The notes under the pieces were generated by a model that had not been told where the DNA came from, did no database searches, and saw nothing but the letters and a program-made list of their open reading frames with translations. A program made the position numbers and the translations under genes. Positions 25,504 through 37,571 of a stretch of DNA of 64,000 bases are shown here, piece after piece (the first letter of the stretch is position 1; each line of letters opens with the position of its first letter). Origin of the DNA: Tubulanus polymorphus (lineage: Eukaryota > Animalia > Nemertea); NCBI RefSeq assembly GCF_964204645.1, contig NC_134029.1:9264850-9328849 (forward strand). The letters are read 5' to 3'.

Positions 25504-25826
25504 ATGTCCTATAAAACGTCGTCTGTGGTAATCGTGGGCGATAGCGTAGCAAAACGGGCCTAGCCTCCTTCCTGGCTTTATCAGAAGGGTGGAAGATCTC
25601 TTGGGAAACCAACGCTCCTAGGCATTGGCGGGGGTACTGTCGGCAAGATTAACTCGCAGCGGGTTGTCGACAGAGTGAAGAGGCTGCATCCTTCAATGAT
25701 TATCTCGCAAATCAGGGATAACGATATCCACTACCTCTCAGTGAAGCCTGCTAAAGCGGGAATAGCAATCTTTGGGATGGCAAAAACTCTCCTCGAGAAA
25801 ACTAATGCGTCGGTTTGCATTTGCCA
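25504..25826 (+). pseudogene. SGNH/GDSL hydrolase-like fragment (probably retroelement cargo)
   Basis: MSYKTSSVVIVGDSVAKRA*...LLGIGGGTVGKI...IISQIRDND matches SGNH blocks I, II and III; in-frame TAG at 25561; truncated by a GATA/TATC-rich MITE-like tract beginning CAGGGCTGCA at about 25825. Confidence 0.55.
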
Positions 25827-26649
25827 GGGCTGCATTTTTCAAAGCGGTGATAAGCCATATCCGGGTGATAAATATTTCTATCACTGGGATAGTCCATTTT
25901 TCAAACCTGTGATAACTTTATCACCGGGATAAATTCAGCTATCCCAGTGATTAAGTTAACACACCTCCAACGTGGTGAGAGCAACACTATCACCAGAATG
26001 AATCATCAAAATAGCCTTTTTAAGTTGAAATTCTTGTCATTGGAAAATGTATCCATTGTGACTTGTACGATGTCACTTTGTACAGAGACATAGTAACAAT
26101 ACATTCCTTTTTAATGGTTACATGGCAATAATATATCTAATTTAGTTATATAATTGAAGAAAGGGCACTTAGCGAAAACCCTGTGAACCTCATGGTATTT
26201 TAAAGCATTTGGAATTGACTGGTGCAAGCTCGACACAATGCTAGGCGATTCAACGAAATCGTTGTTAAAATCGCCTAGTGTATCATGGTCGAGCTATTTT
26301 GAGGGACAGCTCTATTTTAAAAAAAAACCTTTTTCACAGTGAAAAGGGGCATTTTCCTATTGAAAGGGGACAGATCTTAGATATGAAGTGCCAAGGTTCC
26401 TGAATAGATAATTTGAGAATGGATTAATTTTCATTTTCTAAAAATCATGAAAATTGTATCCGAATTTCGAAAAATCTTGACAAATTCTTTGACACTGACT
26501 TTGAGGGCACTTTGAAAATTTAAGGAGGTTCGCTGGCTACCCCCAATTTTGACTGAATTGCCCAGTGTTTCTGAATAATTTAATCTAACTTTGACTTCAA
26601 TTCATAATTGATTTATAATCGAAAACAAAAAGATCGTAGCGTTAATAAT

Positions 26650-27225
26650 AGTAGAGATTCGTCAGTTTCAGCCGACGTGCCCATCGACCTCCCTATTTCA
26701 AATCGTTTTAGCGGAGCGGTCGCCGCCTGTACTTGCATGGTCGGCTTCCCAACTCTGTTCTCCGACACCGGTCGCTGGTCAATCACTGGTCACTGGTCGA
26801 TCACCAGTTCAGCCGGTTCAGTTTCTGAATACAGGTTCTGAACCAAGTGCGCGTGATAGTCAAGATACCGGCACAAGACAACCGGTCCAGCCCGCTTCGA
26901 GCACCATTCCAGTCCAGACGTCACCCGGTTCTGAACTTCCGGTTTGAACATCGGTGTGCGGTTTGTCGGATTCAGATGTTTTGAATTCAAAACAGAGTTA
27001 TCGTCGCTCTGGGGGTAGAGGTTGCTCTCCCACCAGACGCTGTTATGGTAGTAAACGCGTAAGGTCTCCTTCACACAGATCGAGAATAGATCGCGAGAGG
27101 GATTACAATCGATATTGTAGGAAGGTTCACTGTCAGTCACCTCAACGTTCATCGGCGGCATCAACGTCGGTTAGCGAAGATGATTCTAGCAGGTCACGAT
27201 CCCGTTTGAGGAACCGTCATCGATT
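26650..27225 (+). mobile_element. Isolated DIRS gag fragment
   Basis: 27097-27222 encodes RDYNRYCRKVHCQSPQRSSAASTSVSEDDSSRSRSR, homologous to RDYDRYCRKFRRRSSHRSSTSVSDESDSSSRSRSR at 46430-46310 (minus) of the DIRS element. Upstream low-complexity CCGGT/ACTGGTC repeats. Confidence 0.7.
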
Positions 27226-27629
27226 AATCATAAATCATTTGATTTTTATAGTTACTCTTGATCTTATCAGCAATATGTCACTTTTTAGCTAATAAAATGA
27301 GGTCGTTAACAAAGTTTTTCTGTATCATAAAGAGTTCTCTATGGATTGATAGTTTAGTTTCTCGCCACTGCTTTTCCAATTTACGGCACCCGTACTGGAA
27401 CCCGTCCGGAAACATTTTCGCTGATGACAGCGTCCACATTTATAATTTTGGGCATAATATAAGCTGTTAAGGACTTTGAGAAAGGCTGTTCTGCGCATAA
27501 CGGACAATGTACCCAAGTAGTCTGATTTCAGCTCCCGGGAATCAGCTAGGAATTCCCGTTATCGATTGTGATTTTTCCCTATAACTAAAATTCCCTCATA
27601 CTCTTGACTGTAATTTTTACTAAGGCATA

Positions 27630-27800
27630 ATTTCTATTATGGGTTCGGTCGACCTGACGAGGTCTGGTATGATCTCACTATATTTTTATTATGGGTACGG
27701 AATGATCCTTTTGAGGTCCGATACATCCTCACGATAATCTTTATAATGGGTCAGGTATGATTGATTCAAGGTCCCGTATGTCCTCACTATTATTTTCATT
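27630..27800. repeat. Degenerate tandem repeat, about 59 bp x 3
   Basis: TATTATGGGT...GAGGTC..TA..CTCAC.ATA recurs at about 27635, 27687 and 27742. Confidence 0.6.
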
Positions 27801-28079
27801 GTAGGCCCCATTTCATGTGGCCCATTTAATCGCTACAATATATTTTTATTCATTTTACAACAGAATAACAGAAGATGTGAAAAGATCTGATATGAAAAAA
27901 AGAGGTAAGCTAAGATTGCATGGGTTATTCAGATACATTCTCACCATTGTTTTATAAAATCAGAAATGATTTCCTGGTCGGAATGAATCTTTTCCATTGT
28001 ACTGCAAGGCCAAAAATTAAGAATGATTGGTTTCAAAAGGCATTATGTATGAATGTAAATAAAAGTGTTTTCATTTTAT

Positions 28080-28690
28080 AGCAAAAAATAGTTCAGTTAT
28101 GGATAAAGAATACCTGAATGTTGTCAAACAGTTTCATGAAAACCCAATGCATCCAGATGTTAAGAACCATTTTTCCAACAGCCAAAGTTTAGCCAAATTC
28201 CGACATCGGGTGAATTATCTTGTCATGAGGCTTCCCTGAGTTTTCAGCTAATCATATCTTTAATCACTTATTCGAATGATCAACTTGTATCCAGGTTCAA
28301 GAAAACTACTTTGGTGTCATTCGCATTCATGTAAGACAACCTTTAAAAAGCAAAGTGTGCACAATGAAATCGTCGTAAACTGGCAGAGCCCCAGTCATTC
28401 CGATCATTAGCAAAATGTATTCGTAAGAATTCAGGTAAGTCATAATTTTCATTTAAGGTCTGAGTACTATGATCATTAATTCATACATGTATATTCATTT
28501 CAGGTTGACTTAATTGACATGCAACGTCAAGAAACAGAAGGTTATCACTTCATATCTCATGCTATCGACCATGCCTCAAAATTTCATTTTCTATGGCCCT
28601 TTAAGGGCAAATTTGTGTCTGATGTCAAAGATGTTCTCAGGATCTTATTCAGTTTTAATGGGCTGCCCAAAATCTTAATAATACGAGTGG
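28080..28690 (+). pseudogene. Intron-containing integrase fragment (Ginger / KRABA2-SCAND3-like rve domain)
   Basis: PVIPIIS..RIQ|VDLIDMQRQETEGYHFISHAIDHASKFHFLWPFKGK..LFSFNGLPKIL with a GT-AG intron at 28435-28503. Confidence 0.7.
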
Positions 28691-29537
28691 CCCCAGCGCT
28701 CATAGTGTGAAACGTTTGGGTTTCCCTTGTCCCCTTCGCGTGGCCCATTGTCAGGACATGGGATAGGACGGAAACCCTTAAGACAGGAATTAAACTTTTT
28801 CAGGCATCATGGGTAAATGATGGGAAGACTACCTCAGAACCGAAATCAAGCAGAAATTTTGTAAGCATTATGTTCCATCGTAACAAATCTCAATGGATGA
28901 ATCCATGATTTGATAATATGATCATCGAACCGGAGCTCTCGATTTTACTAGCTTTTGTCACTTCATTTTTCAAATTCCATGGGCCCGTAGTCTTTCAAAT
29001 GGTGCTGTGACCAGGATCACGCAAGATAGAAAAAAACACAATACAATGATCTAACCTCGCAGGAGACAATTCAGGAGAAAGTAGATCATCAGCAACAATT
29101 TATGAACATGGCGCAGATGAACATACAACATACATCAAAAGTGGCTGCCTTTGGGTAGAGCTGCATCATTTTACTGTAACCTTTTTATCCAAGTGGCATC
29201 GGCAGTTGAGCACAATTTCCAGCCGTTTACTTTGTAAAACTATTCCACTTCACTATATATTTTTTCGAGACATACATTAACTAACATCAATGGTTGCCAT
29301 AGCAACGGATGTGACATCTACCTTCCCGTATTTAGTGGTGACTGGTTGATAAAGGTGATTTTCATGGGAAATCACTGAAGAAAGTTTCCCTTGGAAAATA
29401 CAATATGTAAAATGTAAATGAATTTCCCAAATATTTCCTTGATTTGATTAAGTTTTAAATATTCCCAAATATTTCCAAACTGGGAATAATCATTTTAAAA
29501 TTCCCAAGTTTTTCCAAATTTCCCTGTTCTGTGGTAA

Positions 29538-30050
29538 TCATGGATGAGATGAATGCTGAAAACTTTGAAAAATGGTTCACTGAAAAACTTTTACCAAATC
29601 CACCGAGTTCGATTATTGTACCACAATGTTGTTTTAGATAAGGCACCAACAAAGAGTTCACCAAAATATAAGAAGGTTGAGTGGTTAAAGTAACAGGAAA
29701 TACCTTTCAACGAGCAATATCTTTATGCTGAGCTTTGGACGATCATTCAAAAAAATCTTCCACCAGTTCCAAAATATAGAATTGACATCATCACTGCCTA
29801 ACATGTATATGAAATTGTGAGACTCCCTCCATACCACTGTGATCTCAATCCCATAGAACTGATTTTGGCACAGATTCAAGACTATTTTGCAAGTCACAAC
29901 GTCACTTTTAAAATGAAAGATCTGTTGCCATTGTGTGATGAAGCTTTTTGAAATGTCACAGGTGAGGATTGGGAAAAAGCTTGGTATCATGTAGTGAAGG
30001 TCTTCAAGAATTTTGGGATAAAGATAGATTAATTGACTTACAAATTATCA
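29538..30050 (+). pseudogene. Tc1/mariner-IS630 superfamily DDE transposase 3' fragment
   Basis: EMNAENFEKWFTEKLLPN..SII and EIVRLPPYHCDLNPIELIWAQIQDY..VTGEDWEKAWYHV; frameshifts and stops present. Confidence 0.75.
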
Positions 30051-33000
30051 TCAATGTAGGTGCTGATTCGGATTCTTCAGAATCGAGTGATTCAGACGGA
30101 TCAAATGAAGGAATCAATAGTGAGACACATGTAGTGAAAATGAGGAGGGCCTAGCGACACCACTTAGTGAATAAGAAGTTTGAAAATGATTACACTATAT
30201 GGATTATCTTTAATTCAAGGTAGGCCTAAATACTTTAATTTTTGGCATGGATGGAATGATGATGTTTACCCTTACTCTGTTTATATTTAGTACAATATAG
30301 ACAATATAGTGTAGTTGGAATTGGCTGTGTTTGAGTGGCAGTACATAGTAACCCTTTTTCCTGGCTCTTTTGAGAGTGAACAGACTTTATATAGGCCTAT
30401 GCATATATAATAAGAGATGAGCGAGTAACGATTGCTCATCAACATTTTGACGAAAGAAATGAAGCGAGCGCTTTGCCAGGCGTCTCCAGCTGGTGGCGCC
30501 ACCAATATCTCTTCGTTCTCTCAGCCAATCACTGTTGAAATCCCATTCTTTTTTCTTCCGCATCCCCAGTGTCAAAGGTTACGTTTTATTTTGTCACTGG
30601 TGATTTGACACAAGGGTCAAATAACATTGGCAATAGTTACTTTATGCCGGCATTCGTTGAATTCAGTTGGCGTCGTCACGTCCCAGGTGACAGCTTAAAC
30701 TGATAGACTGGGCCGTGGTCATGCCCCAAGTGACGGTTCCTATTACCCCTGATAGATGGCAAAGTAGTCAAGCCTGGTTGCTAACACTGAGTCAGTATGC
30801 TCTATAGAGAGCTCACAAGCAATTGTATATACTCTACACACACAGGCAGTATGTACTGGTTGCCATCGGCAACCAGAATGTGAGCGTTGTATCAGCGGTT
30901 TTGCACCATATTCCTTGCTTCGAGATATACCATACCCAGCTAAATTATCGCTAAGAACGTATCAATCTTGTAACTAAACAAACTTGCAAAATGCAATCTT
31001 ATAACTAAATAAACTCTCAAAAAGCTTTAATAAATTTGAACGATTTCTTTGAATTTCATTTGAATAAGTTTCATTTTTTAGGAGCCTAATTATCTGAAAA
31101 CCCTGGGTCATCTGGGGGGTCAAGATGACCCCCAGATGACTCCCTGACACGTTTTATATCAAGGAAATGAGAAATCTAGAGGATTCAGAGGATCAACATT
31201 GAGGAAACCCAAAGAAACCAAACAAATGAGAAGTGATTACAAAATCAGTGAAAAATGAGCAATTTTCACTTTTTTGGGACCCTGAGGATTTTTTGAAATT
31301 TCTGACCCCCCCAAAGAATAAAATTGACTGCCCTGGATGGTTTTCTTGTTGTCCTATGATATTATGAGAAAAAATAGCTATTTACTATTTGATTTATATA
31401 AGATTCTGGCTTCTAAAGGGCAATATAAAGGTTTTTTGGTGCATGACCTCAACTTAACCTCAGGTTTTGGGGGTCCTACCTTGCACCCGTAGGTCCAAAC
31501 GTTTTATAACTAACATTTTCTGGTAGAGATACCTATTAGATTCATAACAGATATTGGTTTTAGGAGGGAAATGTATCTAAATTTACATAGAAATCTTAAG
31601 ACAATAAAGGCAAAAATTAATTCCCCACATGGAATGGATAATGATAAAATATATTCCCCCCAGCCGAATAGTGAAATGAAGGTTTTCAATATGCGAAATT
31701 AGTGGCTGATCTGACTGGTGCTTTAGTGTACATTTGTGATCCTATATGCCATACCAGTTATAGAAATTTTAGTCGAGTAGCTGGGGATAAGAGTTTTTGA
31801 GATACAGGAGTTCCTACACGCCATCTGCGACGTTTTAACACTCACCATCCACTTTCTTTTGTATTCGTCTAAAACAGCCAGGGCATTTTTGACATTTCTA
31901 CATTTTATGTTTTTGTATAAAATAAATGTTAAGCAGCTGTGGCACTTGGCCTTTTCATCTAAATGTCTCCCGGTCGTTTCTGTTGCAAAACTTATATCCA
32001 CATCAGCATTGAAATCAATCCTACATGGAAATAATATTTCTATAGATTTCTTGGTAGGTGCCAATGTCTCCACTGTCAGATCTTAGAAACGGCACCAGTG
32101 TGTGTGCTGTGTGGAGATCAATGTTGTTAAAAGAAGACTGGCATGGGTTTGGGTAGAGTCCGGACAAAATGGCAAGACTTGTTCAACAGACGCGCAGCAT
32201 CCTTCAATTTTTTTGAATCCGTGGGTCCTATAACTGATGTGGACTGAATTGAAATAGCAGTACAGCCGGAAAAGTTTTGAAGGGCCAGATAATGCAAAAT
32301 TAAGGCACATAGCCTATAGATCTTTTGTTCAGTGGTGTTGGGAATATTTGGGCAAGGAGAACTAAATTTTGCCAGCGTGCGTCTTTTCGTGTATCCACAC
32401 ACATTTTCCATAGGACAATCATGAAGAGGACAATGAATATAAAGGATTTCACAATGTATTGATTGAAATATGGATCACAATGATAGAAAATGCACGAATT
32501 CACATGTCAATTGATGGACTACAATAAATGAAAATGTACGAATGCACACACGATGTGTATTTCCAGCTGGTATGTGTATTTCAGAAATATAACACATGCA
32601 CTTTTTCAGTAAGGGTAACCGATGCAACTACGGTAAGAAGAAAATGATGCAACAGTGTAAGAAATCATATAAGCAAGCCTTTCCTTGCATTACTGAGAGT
32701 AAAAAAGGGATAAATTTGACTGTTTTCAGTGAGTGAGTTCAGTCCACAGATGCATTTATGATGTTAAGAAACATGGCACGCAAATGACATTAAATCATTA
32801 AATCATTGAAGCAAGGCTAAGATCCAGTTTCTCCGCAACAGCCTGAAGGACAAGCACTACCCGAGACTGCGGATTTGGGTAGAAAATTTGAGTGTGACTC
32901 ACCATTTCCAAACAAAGCTAGACTTACTCTTTAAAACCCTATCCCAGAAACTCAAAAAATCATTAAACGAAACGTAAAAGTAAATAAGGAATTTAGGCCT

Positions 33001-33534
33001 ATACGCAGCTTCTATAGTCTATTTTGGGGCAAATTTAGACATTGCAGAACTTTTTTGACCGTGTTGCTGGCAACAGGGGACGGGGGGTTGGGGTGCTCCC
33101 ACAAGAACGTATGGAACATTTGAAGCGTTTTAGAAACAGTTTTGGCCAATGTCAGCAAATATTTCAAACAACACAGTCGGGCTAACATTAATGTAATGTT
33201 GATAAATTTTCTTTGACAAAAAAATTGCAGAACTCGGATTCTTGCGGGGGCACCCCCCTCCCTGGGTACTGGTCCGAGATATTAATTCACTCAAAAATTC
33301 TGGCTTTAAGTCACAGTATGGTAATATCATCGAGAAAGGTTGTTTTTGGTTTCTGACATCTTACTCAAAAATAGATTGACCACTTTCAAGTGAATATAAA
33401 AGCCTACTCAATAGTTATTTTTTACTTTTTACCACTGTTTCAACCCTAATGGTGCCAGTTTAATGCACTTATGTTAAACACGAAGTACAAATAAATCTAT
33501 GGGTTTAATTTATTCAAATTGTTTACTTTTTCAG

Positions 33535-35873
33535 GACAGAAGATGTCTTGCGAATATGATATATCAAAGTGGTCTGTCGATGATATACAAATTTGGTTGA
33601 AAAGTATCAGATTTGAATCTCACACTGATACGTTCCTAAGTGAGTAAAGCTAGTAATGATAAACAATGATTCGCTGTCAATTATGCCCGGTTGAAAAACC
33701 CAGTCTTAGAAAGATTATACAACACACGTCTCTCAATCATCAACATGAACCTGGCTTAAGTGTGAAATGTTATATTGCGAAAACAAACAGCAAACTGATC
33801 GTGCAGCAGTACGAAAATGAATTGGAACTGGCTCGCGACGAATCCTCAAAATCAGGTGAGAAATCAACTAGTTTACATGCTTTATGCTACCTTCTGTTGA
33901 TTAACAAGGTTCAATTATAGCATTGATTAGATAACCACATGCAATTAAAGGGTCACATGAAGTGTTATATTTCAGGGCTCTAAGGTATTTTAAGTTAAGT
34001 TTTTAGTAGTTAAGTTAGTAGTTAATAGTAGTTTAGTTAGTAGTTAAGTTTTTTAAAAACTTGTTTAATTTCAAGTATTTTTTTCTTTCAGCTTTGAAAT
34101 TGAATGCAGCTATTGCTTTGTTGCCGTATCTTCTGAAAGAAAAACAAGAGAAACTAGTGCTCTATAATAATAAGGTTGGTTTCATGTTTGAGGATTCAGG
34201 GCCCAGTTGTACTGTTGTGACTTCTGTGTCCAGAAGTGATCTTAAGAATGGTCTTATGTCGTTAGATTGACTATAGAACTAAGTTGGTCTTAGGCTGGTT
34301 TTATATTTAAGCCATTGTTAGGGAACTGACCCATGAATACAATGGCATTAATTACTTATCGAATGTACAGTATGTTGAATCATTTTAATCGAAACCATTT
34401 TCTCTTTCAGGAATGTACATCAGTGACACCTACGATCGTCATTCGAGGGAACAACCCATTTAGAATTCAGAAAATGGATGTATATGTTGACGGTATCATC
34501 ATAATTAGCGAGTCTTGATTAGAGTTTTGGGAGGCGGTGTGTGTAGTGATTGCACTATACTATCAATTCGATCTGTCATATCCAAAAGAACTATCGAATT
34601 CACTAATATCTATAGAACTTTTTTTATTAAAAATTGATGTGGAAAAGGTACCGTTAACCTTGACGCGATTGCACCAAATGTTATTATTAGAAAAGTAAAT
34701 TGAAACTACTGAATAGCCACTGAAACTTTGATATATATATATATATATATATATATCACATATATGTAAATAATTATTAATGTAACTAGTTATCCGGTAA
34801 GAAAAGTATTGGCCTATATCGTAAAAACTCACAATAGCAATTTGATAACAACTATAATTCTCGTTTCACTGGTGTTTTGGATAGAAATCTCCTGCTTTCA
34901 AATTTTCAAAATATTTGAATAAACTTTGAAGATGTCAGGATCACAAGACTTATAGTTGTCATGAAATCATTATTTGGGAGATCCATTATGATAATTATTG
35001 TTGTATTGATAAATTGTATACATGTACATACAGGTGAATATTTTTATATAATTGAAATGTTTGTTTGAATTATCAGAAAAAAAATTTAATTGTGTGTATG
35101 AATGTATGACTTGGGGAATTTAATTGATAGAATCTAAACTATATTGAAAAATTTAATGAAGTATTGCGTGAATTAAAATGTTTTATATACACTTCAAATG
35201 ATGTTTGAATTTTTGAGAAAAACGTTAAGTTTAACTGATACATCAAGAAACAACATTATATTGATGAAAATAATGAAAAGTATTGTGTGCATTAAAATAT
35301 ATAAATGATGTTTGATGTTTGAGAAAAAATGTTCTTTGCATATAAATGAATATCTCGAATTTTAGGAATTTCTATTGATACATTTTAAGTGAATTTAATG
35401 TGAAGTATTGGGTAAATTGAAATAGTTATGAATAATCCTGGTTAATACCTTTCTGATAAGCCTATATACTTAATACATGTATTATGTTTGTATGTTATGA
35501 AAAATAAATGGTAATTGTGTATATAAATGAATAACTTTAGAACATATTTGTGGAAAAGCCTATTCATTACAAAAAAATGGTTAATCAATGCGGTTCGAAT
35601 ATGGTTCCTTTTATCACCCTATAAGGTTCGAAATAGTCACCCTTGATCTTGTTATATGGTTCTTTAAATCACCCACATTGGGGGTGATACCTGGTCCCTT
35701 TGGTTGAAAGGTTCATTATTTCAACCTGTGGATTGGGTCTATATAGTTCCCCTAGAAAAGGGTACTAATGATCACCCTACACAAAGGGTTAGGGTATATA
35801 CCATATAGCCCACAAAAGGTGGCAGCTGATAGTACCCTTAAAGGTGCTACTTAGTACCATTATTTCTAAGAGT
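33535..35873 (+). mobile_element. Second, internally deleted CACTA/EnSpm remnant (SAM-like exon, zinc finger, ORF2 C-terminal exons, right TIR)
   Basis: MSCEYDISKWSVDDIQIWLKSIRFESHTDTFL (33543-33638, SAM-like); CQLC..HTSLNH zinc finger; NAAIALLPYLLKE; TPTIVIRG..VYVDG; LYYQFDLSYPKEL (ORF2 C-terminus, same motif class as 22670-22835). GGTTC/GGTAC/ACCC-rich subterminal region ending TTTCTAAGAGT, the reverse complement of (C)ACTCTTAGAAA. Confidence 0.65.
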
Positions 35874-36599
35874 ATACAAACTTTTAAATTTTGTAGAATC
35901 TTAGGCAAAGATTTTGATTGAAGTCTGATGCTATCCCTGCAGTATGCATGCACCTAAAAGCTACACAACCAAGTGAATCTATCAATCATGTTATTTCTGT
36001 TCTTGATCGAAAGCGGGTAAATTAAGTGCCTTAAATGGACTGCCGACTGATAGGATGTAAAGTGATAGTTTTCAAAATCGTCCATGTTGCTGAAACAACC
36101 TCATATGAAGAAAGAGCCCTTTATAAGGTCTTTGTGGAGTTTATAAAGAATGCTACTATTGTAGGTATTGGAAGTGTAGCCGCTGACAGTCACACCGCAT
36201 TGCGTAAGTGATTCGAACACAATATCCTGACATTGAACACAAGTATGATTTGTGGCACTTAGAGACACGGAAAAAGTTTGAAGCAAAAAACAAGATTGTA
36301 ACAAGTTGGCTCAGTAGTTCTCTGGTAGAGAAAGCTTTCAGAACAAAAGCGTGTTGCAGATAAAGCACAAGATACAAAGACACCAGAATGAGTTGATTTA
36401 GCTGGAATGGATATAAATCTCCAGAGAGAGTGTACCTCTGCAACTAATTTGAATTTATTGGATCACGTGACATCGGGAATAAACATCGGGAGAAAACATT
36501 CCAATACCAAAATACAGTATCGAAGACACCAACCAGATGAATTTGCTTATTTCGGATTTATATACCTCTGTGACAAATTCCATCTATAAAAATTGCAGA

Positions 36600-37000
36600 A
36601 TATAAACTGGATCAATCTTGGGGAATGGCAGTGAATTATGTATGGTACCACTAGACATGTCATGCCACTCATCAGATAAGCTTGAGGACTTATTGTAAGT
36701 TGAGGTGTCAGAAATGGCATGAGTGGGGTTGTATCGACGTTAGCAATAGTAAATGGGCTTTTCCTGATATGTCGGTACCTAAACCAGATGGTTCAGTACA
36801 CATTTGCATGGAATACAAGAAAATGAAGGCTGTGACTTGCAAACATAGTAATCCTTTCCTGACTAAATTGGAATATTTCTCCAATATGGACTTACAATTG
36901 GGATGTTTCCAATATGAGCTTGAAGAGTCCTCAAAACCAATGACAGCTTGTATTTTGGGCTGTGGGCTAGTTGCGTTAATGTGATGGGTACGGAGCTTTG
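36600..37000 (+). pseudogene. Ty3/Gypsy reverse transcriptase remnant
   Basis: SKWAFP..VPKPDGSVHICMEYKKMKAVT..YFSNMDLQLGCFQYELEESSKPMTA matches Gypsy RT N-terminal motifs; highly decayed. Confidence 0.7.
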
Positions 37001-37571
37001 CTGCAATGGCCCTTGTACATTTCAAGGACTCATGCTTTGTAATTAGTTGAAACAACAGAATCACTCAGACAACAACGGACTTTTTGTGCCAAAATGGCAG
37101 GCAGCAATGGTTTATTTTCTATTAAGATGCAGTTCAGGGCCAGATCGACAAATTTACATATTTTGTATCAATTGTATCAACATCATAACTTCCTACATAT
37201 ATCATTTGTCTTTTGGGTTACAGCTGAACAAACTCTAATTACTACAATCATTAGTATGGGCAACGATTAGACCAAATTTTGGTTTTGCTGGAAAATGACT
37301 TAACCATGAAAAATGAGTGGCCCCTTGCGTTGAAATCACTCAATATTCAAAATTATGATGAAGTGTTTTTCAAACTACCAATCGATAGCCAATTGACCAA
37401 ACCTCAAAACTTAATTAAAAACTTTGAATCAATTAACCATCAGTAATATTGATTTTCAATCTTGCAATAGACACAAGCAACATACCAAATCATCATAAAA
37501 ATAAATTTGATCGTATAATTTAAAATTCGAAGTGTGGGATTTCTTCATTTATACCAAATCATTTCATTTCA

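Noticed and set aside
27654-27680. CTGACGAG as a second hammerhead core
   Set aside because: No GAAA follows the putative stem II.
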